The notes: generated from the sequence alone by a model not told the origin. Positions 44,259 through 53,459 are shown, counted from the stretch's first letter. The stretch is 64,000 bases of DNA from an uncultured Gammaproteobacteria bacterium (GCA_964640635.1 CAZXFD010000001.1:17273-81272); one strand, 5' to 3'. Program-made: numbers and translations.

Positions 44259-46652
44259 ATGAAACAACAAAACAAAAAATATGTCTTATGGTTTTCGGAG
44301 CTTACTATAAAAGATGTGCCACTTGTTGGTGGAAAAAATGCATCTCTTGGAGAAATGTATCAAAAATTGGGTTCACATGGCGTTCCAATCCCAAATGGAT
44401 ATGCTGTAACTGCCGATGCATATTGGTATTTCCTAAAACACAATGGAATAAAAGATAAAATCCAAGAAATATTAAAAGGATTAGATACAAATAAAATTAT
44501 TGATTTAAAAAATAGAGCAAAAAAAATTAGGGAGCTTATTTTGAAATCTGAATTTCCAGAAGATTTAAAAAAAGAAATTGTTTCAGCATATAAAGACTTA
44601 GCAAAATTTTATAAAACAGCAGAACTGGGATGCGATGTTGCAGTTAGATCAAGTGCTACAGCAGAGGATGCTGCAGACGCTTCTTTTGCTGGTCAGCAAG
44701 AGTCATATCTAAATATCACAGGAGAGTATGCACTTCTTGAGTCAATAAAAAAGTGTATGGCATCTTTATTTACAGATCGCTCCATTTCATATAGAGCGGA
44801 CAAAAAAATAGGCCATTTGAAAATTGGCCTCTCCGTTGTAGTTCAGAAAATGGTAAGATCAGACCTTGCATCATCTGGTGTAATGTTTTCAGTGGACACT
44901 GAGTCGGGTTTTCCTGATATTGTTGTAATAAACGCTGCATATGGACTAGGAGAGTATGTTGTAAAAGGGGTTGTCACCCCAGATGAATATCATGTTTATA
45001 AACCAACCTTAAAGAAAAAATATAATTCTATTATAGGAAAAGATGTTGGAGAAAAAGCAAAAAAATTAATTTATGCAACTGGAGGAACAAGTAGCACTCA
45101 AAATGTAGACGTTCCAATAGAGGAGAGAATAAAATTTGTATTAAAAGACGATGAAATAATTCAACTTGCAAAATGGGCTGTAATAATTGAAAATCATTAC
45201 AAGAGGCCTATGGATATGGAGTGGGCAAAAGATGGAAAGACAAAAAAATTATTTATTGTTCAAGCAAGGCCAGAGACAGTGACATCTCGGGAAGATAAAA
45301 ATGTTTTGACAGAATATAGTATAAAAGCCAAAGGGAATATAATTTTGAAAGGTGAATCAGTGGGTAAAAAAATTGGCGCAGGTCCAGCACATGTAATAAA
45401 GAATGTTTCAGAGCTTGTAAACTTTAAAAGTGGTGAAGTGCTTGTTGCTGAAATGACAGATCCTGATTGGGAGCCTATTATGAAAAAAGCTAGTGCTATT
45501 GTCACAAATTCTGGTGGAAGAACATGTCACGCAGCTATTGTTTCTCGTGAACTTGGAATACCATGCGTTGTAGGAACGACAACTGGTACTGCAAAATTGA
45601 AAAATGGACAACTTATTACAGTTGATTGTTCTCTTGGAGAAGAAGGTTTTGTTTACGATGGTCGTGTCGCGTTTGAAAGAAAAGATATAAGTTTGAAAAA
45701 TTTGAAATTACCAAAAAACGTTAAGATAATGATGAATGTAGGAAATCCTAGACAGGCATTTCGTGACTGTATGATTCCAAATGATGGAGTGGGCCTTGCA
45801 AGAGAAGAGTTTATTATTTCAAATTATATTAGGGTTCATCCACTTGCACTTCTTGAATTTGAAAAAGTAAAAGACAAAGTCGAGCGTGATGAAATCAAAA
45901 AACTTACAATAAATTACAAGAGTAAAGCGGATTTCTTTATAGAAAAACTTGCTGAAGGAATAGCTCGTATTTCGGCAGCATTTTATCCAAAGGATGTGAT
46001 AGTTCGCTTATCAGATTTCAAATCAAATGAATATGCAAACCTATTGGGTGGAAAATATTTTGAGCCATCAGAGGACAATCCAATGATAGGTTGGCGTGGT
46101 GCATCTCGCTACTACGACCCTAAGTATGAAAAAGCTTTTAGGCTAGAATGCAAAGCTCTGAAAAAAGTAAGAGAAGAAATGGGTCTCAATAATGTAAAAA
46201 TTATGATTCCATTTTGCAGAACTCTAGAAGAAGGACAGAAGGTTATCAAAATCATGGCTAGTGAGGGATTAAAAAGAGGAGTTAATGGGCTAGAGATTTA
46301 TGTGATGTGTGAAATACCTTCGAATGTAATTCTTGCCGAAGAGTTTTGTAAAATTTTTGATGGATTCTCTATTGGTTCAAATGACCTAACACAGCTTACT
46401 CTCGGGGTGGATAGGGACTCAGCGATGCTTTCTCATATTTATGATGAACAAAATGAAGCTGTCAAAACTCTTATAAGAAACGTCATAAAAGTTGCAAAGA
46501 AAAATAAAAGAAAAGTAGGAATATGTGGACAAGCACCATCTGATTTTCCTGAGTTTGCAAAATTCTTGGTCAAAGAGGGGATAGATAGTATGTCACTAGT
46601 GCCAGATTCAGTTGTAAAGACGATTTTAGCTCTTAATAAAAATAAAAAATAA
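44259..46652 (+). CDS. ppsA: Phosphoenolpyruvate synthase (PEP/pyruvate-utilising enzyme)
   Basis: N-terminal ATP-grasp (LVGGKNASLGEM), phosphohistidine motif GGRTCHAAIVSRELGIPCVVG and a C-terminal PEP-utilising TIM barrel; 797 aa. Confidence 0.88.
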   Translation: MKQQNKKYVLWFSELTIKDVPLVGGKNASLGEMYQKLGSHGVPIPNGYAVTADAYWYFLKHNGIKDKIQEILKGLDTNKIIDLKNRAKKIRELILKSEFPEDLKKEIVSAYKDLAKFYKTAELGCDVAVRSSATAEDAADASFAGQQESYLNITGEYALLESIKKCMASLFTDRSISYRADKKIGHLKIGLSVVVQKMVRSDLASSGVMFSVDTESGFPDIVVINAAYGLGEYVVKGVVTPDEYHVYKPTLKKKYNSIIGKDVGEKAKKLIYATGGTSSTQNVDVPIEERIKFVLKDDEIIQLAKWAVIIENHYKRPMDMEWAKDGKTKKLFIVQARPETVTSREDKNVLTEYSIKAKGNIILKGESVGKKIGAGPAHVIKNVSELVNFKSGEVLVAEMTDPDWEPIMKKASAIVTNSGGRTCHAAIVSRELGIPCVVGTTTGTAKLKNGQLITVDCSLGEEGFVYDGRVAFERKDISLKNLKLPKNVKIMMNVGNPRQAFRDCMIPNDGVGLAREEFIISNYIRVHPLALLEFEKVKDKVERDEIKKLTINYKSKADFFIEKLAEGIARISAAFYPKDVIVRLSDFKSNEYANLLGGKYFEPSEDNPMIGWRGASRYYDPKYEKAFRLECKALKKVREEMGLNNVKIMIPFCRTLEEGQKVIKIMASEGLKRGVNGLEIYVMCEIPSNVILAEEFCKIFDGFSIGSNDLTQLTLGVDRDSAMLSHIYDEQNEAVKTLIRNVIKVAKKNKRKVGICGQAPSDFPEFAKFLVKEGIDSMSLVPDSVVKTILALNKNKK

Positions 46653-46676
46653 TTTTATATAAAAATAGGAGGAATT

Positions 46677-46982
46677 GTGTTAGTGTTAAGTCTTACGGAA
46701 TTTGAACGGAAGAGAGCGTATGATTTAGAGCAGTTGGATTCAATTGGCAAAGAAATTCATTTTAGCAACGATTTAACGGGAGATAATCCATTTAAGCTAA
46801 AAAAACACTGTAATCATAGGGGTGGAGAATGTATTCATGAATTTAATGTATATTTTTCTCAGCACAATGGAAATGTTTATTTTCATAGATGTAATAATTG
46901 TTGTTATTTCATTTGGATTACAGAAGATTATTACAAGGTGGCAAAAGGAATTTATGACGCGGGAGGTACTTATATTGACTAA
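46677..46982 (+). CDS. Small Cys/His-rich protein, unknown function
   Basis: 101 aa with CNHRGGECIHE...HRCNNCCYF. aggagg precedes GTG starts at 46677 and 46683. Confidence 0.4.
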   Translation: MLVLSLTEFERKRAYDLEQLDSIGKEIHFSNDLTGDNPFKLKKHCNHRGGECIHEFNVYFSQHNGNVYFHRCNNCCYFIWITEDYYKVAKGIYDAGGTYID

Positions 46983-47035
46983 TTGTTAGATTGTGCTAAA
47001 GTTGTTTTTACAAAAAAAGAATATGGAGGTAACCA

Positions 47036-47233
47036 ATGTCAAACAAAGTATTACCAGATGGTCCAAATACTCGTGGTGAGCAAAAGAAGTTTGTAGATCC
47101 ACATCCTACAAATCGTAAGGGTACTCCTCTTGGTGGCCGTGGAAGAGGTAGATGTAAAGGAGGTTCAGAACATAGAAATCGTAGACCGGAGTCTGTTGAT
47201 AGCACAGATACAGATGATGATTCTTGTCAGTAA
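47036..47233 (+). CDS. Small, highly basic Gly/Arg-rich protein with an acidic C-terminus (possibly a KGG-repeat stress-protein type)
   Basis: RBS ggaggtaacca precedes the ATG; 65 aa with GGRGRGRCKGGSEHRNRR, followed by a clean hairpin terminator. Confidence 0.45.
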   Translation: MSNKVLPDGPNTRGEQKKFVDPHPTNRKGTPLGGRGRGRCKGGSEHRNRRPESVDSTDTDDDSCQ

Positions 47234-47251
47234 TCATCACAATCAATAATT

Positions 47252-47286
47252 TAAGGAGTCTCCAATGGGACTCCTTTTTGTTTTGA
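47252..47286 (+). terminator. Terminator after the small basic protein gene
   Basis: aggagtc-tccaatgg-gactcct followed by ttttgtttt. Confidence 0.7.
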
Positions 47287-47592
47287 TTAGCTTATGAAAT
47301 TGTGAGTCATAAATTTATTTAAATAAGTTGATTATTGTTGATAAAAATTAAAATATTATCCACTTGACGTTTGTTTGTATATATGCTAGGATATTTCGTT
47401 AGGTTGTAATTTGACAATAAAACTTATTTATTGCATATTCTGATTTAATGCTTGAAAAAGCTTATTTCCAGGGTTCATATACGCTCATTTTTTGGCTTTT
47501 ATAAGAAGTAATATGGGCTCATTTGAATCCTGGAAATATATAAAAATCAGGAAATATAAATAACAAAAATAATCATAACGAGGAGGATTGTT

Positions 47593-48258
47593 ATGAAGTT
47601 CAAAGATATATGGATCAAAAAAGATCCTGATTCTAAGCCACAAGATCAGAAACCACATATTAGTGTTGGTGGAACGAGTGTGCCAGTGGTGCCAGCAACA
47701 CAACAACATTCTTCAATGAGTGTTTCGTTGCCGAATCAGTCTGAAAATGATGGGGTTGATAATGAATTTAATGATGAATTTGAGAATTCTCTAAAAAACA
47801 TTCAGTTACCCCAGGGTTTCGTAGAATTCATCACTTTGATGGATGAACTTGAAGATACTATCACAGATGTTAAGTTGCGAGTAAAGGCGGCGCTTAAGCA
47901 CGCTATCGGCCATGGTATTTCTAAGGAACAGATTATTTCTTTTTTAACAAAAGAATTAACTACCGTTCAGGAAACAGCCAATAATATTAGAAATGATATC
48001 GAATCGCAAGTTGCTGCTAAAATCAAAGAAAGCGCAACAAAAGTCCAATCCTGCCTACAACAGATTGAAGATATTGATAATAAAATTACAGAACTTCAAA
48101 ATCAGAGGGCTCAGCTTGTTTCTCAGAAAGGATCGGCTGAAGCAGAAAATTCGGTTATAAATCAGAAAAAAGATAAGGCTTTATCTAAGCTTCAATCTGC
48201 GCTGAATTTTCAGCATAACGAAATAAATAATCTATTATCCTACGTTCAACAAGCGTAG
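47593..48258 (+). CDS. Uncharacterised soluble coiled-coil protein (GC-rich island)
   Basis: Strong RBS gaggagg; 221 aa with a Q/P-rich N-terminus followed by about 140 aa of heptad-like helix. Confidence 0.5.
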   Translation: MKFKDIWIKKDPDSKPQDQKPHISVGGTSVPVVPATQQHSSMSVSLPNQSENDGVDNEFNDEFENSLKNIQLPQGFVEFITLMDELEDTITDVKLRVKAALKHAIGHGISKEQIISFLTKELTTVQETANNIRNDIESQVAAKIKESATKVQSCLQQIEDIDNKITELQNQRAQLVSQKGSAEAENSVINQKKDKALSKLQSALNFQHNEINNLLSYVQQA

Positions 48259-48272
48259 GAGGGGAGATAAGG

Positions 48273-49385
48273 ATGGAAACACCAAATTTACCAACACTCA
48301 AATCATCGCTGGATACATTTCTTTCTAAGAAGGAAAAGATTTCGGGCTATCTGTTAACGGGAGGTATAATCATAGCTGCCGTAATCGGATTAAATGCCAT
48401 ACTGCCCTGGTTATCCAATATGCTTGGGAATCTGATAGCAGTTGTTGGAAAGTTAATTACCTTGGGTATAATGGGGATCGCTGCTGCTGGTTTGGTAGTC
48501 ATTGCTCTTTCAGAGCGTACGCATACTTTAGTCAAAATCGCTTTTGCCAGATTGGCTAGAGGTGCCACAATGACTTTTATCAAGTATTCACCGTGGACAA
48601 TTCCTGAAATTTACATAGAGTATATTGATAAGAAGGCGCGAGATATTTATCAAAAAATAACAAACGTACTAGCTATTAATAACTCTATCAAAAAAGCTCA
48701 TGGCAAAAATGTTGAAATTATTGAAAGTAATGATGAAACTTGCAGGTCTTTACAGGAACGATATTTCAAGAATGGTGTTTGGGTAAGTGAAGAACATCAT
48801 AATCTTTTCAGAGAAAAGGCCAGTGATACAGATTTTCGGACTAGATCCAATAAAAATCTTCAAAAACAAATTGACCGGTTGGAGTTTTATTTGACCGTGC
48901 TCAAAAAGTTTGAGCAAGCTTTTAAGTATCGCAGAAATGTTTTGAGAAACTTTTGCGATGCTATCGTGCTTGAATACAATGCAACCAAAGAATCCGCAGA
49001 AGTTACCCGAGAATTAGCTACTCTTTTTGGAACAGATGACATGAAAAAGGTTTTTGACATGTCAGTACAATTTATGCAAGATCGTATGAGCAATTTTGTC
49101 GCAGAGACAGATACCTTTTTCCAGACGAATATGTCTGCTCTCACCGAAATGGATCTTAGCCAAGACGTCGCCGAAGACGCCTATATGAATAGGTTGAAAC
49201 AAATGGGTGATAAGGCTGATCTTTTAATTGAGCAAGCAGATCAGGATCAAAAACTCATTACTTCTGCCGGTTCCGGAAAAGATATGATGAAAATCATCAT
49301 GGAACAAAAGACAGATGGCGTTTATGTTCCCGCTGGTCGTAATACTGGAACATTCGGTAGTAAGAAAAACTACCTTGACATTTAA
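48273..49385 (+). CDS. Uncharacterised membrane protein with two TM helices and a long coiled-coil cytoplasmic domain (GC-rich island)
   Basis: RBS ggagg; Gly-rich helices (GGIIIAAVIGLNAILPWL and LGIMGIAAAGLVVIAL) followed by about 270 aa of helical sequence. Confidence 0.5.
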   Translation: METPNLPTLKSSLDTFLSKKEKISGYLLTGGIIIAAVIGLNAILPWLSNMLGNLIAVVGKLITLGIMGIAAAGLVVIALSERTHTLVKIAFARLARGATMTFIKYSPWTIPEIYIEYIDKKARDIYQKITNVLAINNSIKKAHGKNVEIIESNDETCRSLQERYFKNGVWVSEEHHNLFREKASDTDFRTRSNKNLQKQIDRLEFYLTVLKKFEQAFKYRRNVLRNFCDAIVLEYNATKESAEVTRELATLFGTDDMKKVFDMSVQFMQDRMSNFVAETDTFFQTNMSALTEMDLSQDVAEDAYMNRLKQMGDKADLLIEQADQDQKLITSAGSGKDMMKIIMEQKTDGVYVPAGRNTGTFGSKKNYLDI

Positions 49386-49419
49386 ACTCATAACAAATAA
49401 AGAAAAAATAGGAGAAATC

Positions 49420-50964
49420 ATGTTCAAGAATTTAACTACCTTTGCGAAGATATTCATTATTTTCGTTGTTGTGGCTATAGTGGTTACTATTAGCTATTTC
49501 AGTTTTGACAAACTTGCCCCCGAAGGTAATTCTGTCAATACCAGCAAGCTCTCGGAAGATGTGAGACAAGCCGTCAAAGACGGCACTCCGCTTGTCACAA
49601 TATGCTTTAATACCTGGCTCGGATTCTCCGGAGGAATAGCATACAACGGTGGCACAGAGGCTTCCAAAAGTTCCAGATATTTCACTGAACAGGGTATTTT
49701 AGTTCAGTTTAAACTCATGGATGACTTTGAGGCTTCTCGCAACGCCTTTCGTTCCGGTGACATCGATATGATGTGGACTACCGTGGACTCTTACCCTACA
49801 GAGACCGATGGTCTCAAAGAGTTTGAGCCGCAGTTTTTATTTCAGATTGACTGGTCTCGCGGTGGAGATGCCGTTGTCGTAAGACGTGGAATTAACACTG
49901 TTAATGAGTTGCGTGGTAAGAAAATTGCTTGCGCACTCGGAGCGCCTAGTCATAGTTTGATAATTAACACCCTAGAAGCCGCAGGAATTCCATATAATGC
50001 AGTTGAAATAATTGCAATGCCAACAGCTATTCAAGCCGCCGATGCTTTTAAAGCTGGTCAAGTTGATGCTGCTGTGGTTTGGGCTCCGGATGATGACGTG
50101 TGCGTCGAAGCTGTTCCTGGATCCAAAAAACTTTTCACTACCAAAGAAGCCACGAACATTATTGCGGATGGTTTCTATGCAAAGAAAAGGTGGGCACTGG
50201 ACAACAAAGACACTGTTGTCAAGGTTGCTGCCGGTTTCATGGTCGGTAATGCAGAGATAAATACTGATCCCTCCGCAAAGCAGAGGGCAGTTGAAGTTAT
50301 GTCGGTCGCTCTTGGTCAAAAGGCAGATTTTTGCCTTAGTGGCATAAATAATGTCCGTTTGTCTACGGTCGGGGATAATATGAATTTTCTTGGTCTTGGT
50401 AGCGGATATACAGGAATCACTGCTGAAGCGCTTTACAGACGAATGGCAACTGCGTATCAGCAAGTTGATTATTTAAAAAGCGCGCCTCCAAGTTGGAATC
50501 AAGTTTATGACAAATCTATTATTCCAGCTGTTGCACAAAAAATTCCACCTACTGGAAGTCAAGCACCGGAAAGCGGAGCTGAATTTAGACGATTAAGTAA
50601 TTCTGCTGATTTGGATGTCCGAGCTTCTAAAGATATGACTGTGAATTTCAGTCCCGGTTCATCATATTTGGATGATAATGCTAAACAGCTTATAGACGTA
50701 GGCTTTGCCCCAGTAGCTCAACAATTTGCACAGATGCACATTCGTGTATCTGGGCATACGAGTACAGATGGAAGCCGCGATGTAAATGTTAGGCTTTCCA
50801 GAAGTCGTGCGCAAGCAGTCGTCGACTATCTTGTTCAGCAGTATGGATTTAGTCCGAATAGGTTTATTGTAGCCGGTTATGGACCTGATCATCCAATCGC
50901 AACAAACGATACAGAAGAAGGTCGCGCCAAAAACAGGCGGACTCAATTCGAACTCGTAGAATAA
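49420..50964 (+). CDS. ABC transporter substrate-binding protein (NMT1/SsuA/TauA-like) fused to a C-terminal OmpA/MotB-like peptidoglycan-binding domain
   Basis: The start is taken at ATG 49420 with RBS aggag; an N-terminal TM helix and an SsuA-like core (KIACALGAPSHSLIINTLEAAGIPYNAVEI...DAAVVWAP). The C-terminus reads SGHTSTDGSRDVNVRLSRSRAQAVVDYL...GYGPDHPIATNDTEEGRAKNRRTQFEL (OmpA_C). Confidence 0.7.
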   Translation: MFKNLTTFAKIFIIFVVVAIVVTISYFSFDKLAPEGNSVNTSKLSEDVRQAVKDGTPLVTICFNTWLGFSGGIAYNGGTEASKSSRYFTEQGILVQFKLMDDFEASRNAFRSGDIDMMWTTVDSYPTETDGLKEFEPQFLFQIDWSRGGDAVVVRRGINTVNELRGKKIACALGAPSHSLIINTLEAAGIPYNAVEIIAMPTAIQAADAFKAGQVDAAVVWAPDDDVCVEAVPGSKKLFTTKEATNIIADGFYAKKRWALDNKDTVVKVAAGFMVGNAEINTDPSAKQRAVEVMSVALGQKADFCLSGINNVRLSTVGDNMNFLGLGSGYTGITAEALYRRMATAYQQVDYLKSAPPSWNQVYDKSIIPAVAQKIPPTGSQAPESGAEFRRLSNSADLDVRASKDMTVNFSPGSSYLDDNAKQLIDVGFAPVAQQFAQMHIRVSGHTSTDGSRDVNVRLSRSRAQAVVDYLVQQYGFSPNRFIVAGYGPDHPIATNDTEEGRAKNRRTQFELVE

Positions 50965-51037
50965 GAAAATAATTCCGGAGTGGACAGACGAATGTCTGCC
51001 CACTCCTTTTATTTCTAACTCAAAAAAAGGAGAGTTT

Positions 51038-51835
51038 ATGTTCAGTCAGCTTTTCCAACTCCGCGGATCTTTAAGCAAAAAAGTATCAGGTTTGTGTGAA
51101 TTTATAGGTATCTTGGTAATACTCATTATTTGGACAGTAGTGTCAGAAATGGGTGTTGTTCCCAAGGGAATACTTCCCTCACCCATCAAGATTCTTCAAT
51201 CACTTCCGGAACTCCATTTTGAAGATGCGCTTGTGAGAAATTTATTTTACTCATTTAAGCTCAATTTGTTTGGTGGAATGGAAGCAGTAGCACTTGCTAT
51301 ACCACTTGGTTTTTTAATAGGTCTTGTGCCTGTTTTAAAGGCAATTTTTGGTAGATATATAGAAGCGATTCGATTTTTGCCACTTACAGCGACCATTGGT
51401 TTATTTATTGTAGCTTTTGGACTTGATACAAACATGAAAGTTCAATTTCTTGCCTTTGCGATATTTATTTATTTAGTACCGCAAGTCAAAAGAAGAGTTG
51501 AAGAAGTAGAGGATGTGTATGTTCAAACAGCTCAAACAATAGGTGCTAATGCCTGGCAAAAAATTAGAATAGTATTTGTTCCAGCGGTTTTTGCAAGGGT
51601 TTATAATGATATTGTAAATCTTATAGCTTTGTCATGGACCTATGTAATCGTAGCAGAAATGGTAAACACATCTGGCGGTGGCATAGGATCTCTTACATTT
51701 ATTTGTTTCCGACAAGGAAGAATTGACAAGGTCTATGCAATTTTGATAGTGATTATTCTCTTCGGAATATTACAGGATTTTGTCATGAAGTTGTTGGGAA
51801 AAGTTTTATTCTCTTATTACAAAGAGGGGTGCTAA
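51038..51835 (+). CDS. ABC transporter permease (NitT/TauT family)
   Basis: Six TM helices and a conserved AEMVNTSGGGIGSL loop. Confidence 0.8.
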   Translation: MFSQLFQLRGSLSKKVSGLCEFIGILVILIIWTVVSEMGVVPKGILPSPIKILQSLPELHFEDALVRNLFYSFKLNLFGGMEAVALAIPLGFLIGLVPVLKAIFGRYIEAIRFLPLTATIGLFIVAFGLDTNMKVQFLAFAIFIYLVPQVKRRVEEVEDVYVQTAQTIGANAWQKIRIVFVPAVFARVYNDIVNLIALSWTYVIVAEMVNTSGGGIGSLTFICFRQGRIDKVYAILIVIILFGILQDFVMKLLGKVLFSYYKEGC

Positions 51836-51836
51836 C

Positions 51837-52700
51837 ATGGGAGCAATTCAACAAGTAACAATGTTTCACGACCCAAGTGGTAAAATGCCGGATCACATTT
51901 CTTTTATTGATAATCCTGCTTGGCCCAATATCATTGAGTTCAAGAAGATAAGTCAGTATTATCCTGGCAGAAAAGACCCCGTGATTCTTGATTTGGATTT
52001 GATCATTGAGGATAAACCAGGTGAGGGTCAGTTTGTGGTAATACTTGGACCATCTGGGTGTGGAAAGTCAACCTTGCTTCGCTATGCATGCAAACTACAA
52101 AACCCAACATCTGGCGAAGTTTTGTTAAATGGCCGTATTATCAATCACAATGATCATATCAATATGGTTTTCCAGAATTACTCTTCCTTTTGGTGGTATA
52201 CGGTGCTTGAAAATGTCATGCTCCCGCTTCTTATTCAAGGTATCTCAAGAAAAGAAGCTAAAGAAAGAGCAATGGATATTATCAATAAGGTTGGTCTTTC
52301 CGGTCATGAAAACAAGTGGGCTATATACCCCGCTTTATCAGGAGGACAGCTGCAGCGAGTAGCCATTGCAAGGTCTCTCATCACAAATCCCAAGATTCTT
52401 CTTATGGATGAGCCATATGGAGCGCTTGATATTGTGACAAGGTTTAAAATGCAAGAGCTTATTTCCCATATCTATGACACAACAGATAATATTACCATTA
52501 TCTTTGTGACTCATGATATTGAGGAAGCAGTTTTCCTCGCAGACGACATTTATGTCATGGATGCAAATCCGGGACGTATAGTCCAAAGGTTTCATCCAAA
52601 TCTTCCCTCGGTAAGAACCTGGGAAACCAAGGATGATCTAGTATTCATTCAATCCGTTCACGAAGTTCGCAACTTCATGCGTTCTTTTGAACGCAAATAA
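51837..52700 (+). CDS. ABC transporter ATP-binding protein
   Basis: Walker A GPSGCGKST, signature LSGGQLQRVAIARSL and Walker B LLMDEPYGALD. Confidence 0.85.
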   Translation: MGAIQQVTMFHDPSGKMPDHISFIDNPAWPNIIEFKKISQYYPGRKDPVILDLDLIIEDKPGEGQFVVILGPSGCGKSTLLRYACKLQNPTSGEVLLNGRIINHNDHINMVFQNYSSFWWYTVLENVMLPLLIQGISRKEAKERAMDIINKVGLSGHENKWAIYPALSGGQLQRVAIARSLITNPKILLMDEPYGALDIVTRFKMQELISHIYDTTDNITIIFVTHDIEEAVFLADDIYVMDANPGRIVQRFHPNLPSVRTWETKDDLVFIQSVHEVRNFMRSFERK

Positions 52701-52713
52701 TTAATCAATCAAT

Positions 52714-52763
52714 AGACCCAAATCTCACGTAATACAACGAAGAGATCTGGGTCTTATTTTTTT
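52714..52763 (+). terminator. Terminator after the ABC ATPase gene
   Basis: 13-bp stem agacccaaatctc / gagatctgggtct followed by tattttttt. Confidence 0.7.
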
Positions 52764-52768
52764 ATATA

Positions 52769-52810
52769 AAAAATAAACAGGCTGAGAATTTCTCAACCTG
52801 TTTTTTATTT
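52769..52810. terminator. Bidirectional terminator serving the rhomboid gene
   Basis: caggctgaga-att-tctcaacctg flanked by an A-run and a T-run. Confidence 0.6.
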
Positions 52811-52818
52811 GAACAACT

Positions 52819-53358
52819 TTATTTTCTAAAAGTTCTTGCGGCATATATTCCGCCAATAAATCCAAAGAAATGTCCCGTCCAACTAATACCTTGTTGAGTA
52901 TGTATTAGCATTAATAATGTGGTTCCATAGGAAATTGCTACGACAATAGAAATGAAGATTGCTAATATATCATGTCTGTATATTCCTATGAAAAGTAAAT
53001 AACCTATTAGCCCAAAGATTAATCCACTTGCGCCAATGTGAATTGAATTAGCTCCAAATACCCAGACACCAAAGCCACCTACAATTATGATTATTATTAT
53101 TGCACCTATTGCTAGTTTTCTATTGTATGAATATGTAATTCCTAGCAGGATAAATAGTGCAATACTATTTGCAATTATGTGACCTAAATTGGCATGTAAA
53201 AAAGGTGTAAATGCTATTCCTATTAATCCATGGATATTTCTTGGAATTATTCCAAAACTCCTTAAGTCAATCGGTAATATTGTGTCTATTATATAGATAG
53301 TCCATATAATTACCAGCCACCGAAAAGCTGCTACAAAGCCATTTATAATGTTTTTCAC
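52819..53358 (-). CDS. Rhomboid family intramembrane serine protease
   Basis: GASGLIFGL (GxSG nucleophile), a His in HFFGFIGG and six TM helices. Confidence 0.75.
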   Translation of the reverse strand: MKNIINGFVAAFRWLVIIWTIYIIDTILPIDLRSFGIIPRNIHGLIGIAFTPFLHANLGHIIANSIALFILLGITYSYNRKLAIGAIIIIIIVGGFGVWVFGANSIHIGASGLIFGLIGYLLFIGIYRHDILAIFISIVVAISYGTTLLMLIHTQQGISWTGHFFGFIGGIYAARTFRK

Positions 53359-53459
53359 ACATCCTCCTTAATTTTTGAAATTCATGTTAATTTAACATAT
53401 AACATATATTTTGTAAATAGCTAGTCAATGATATAAATAATAAAAAAGACTGACATTTG

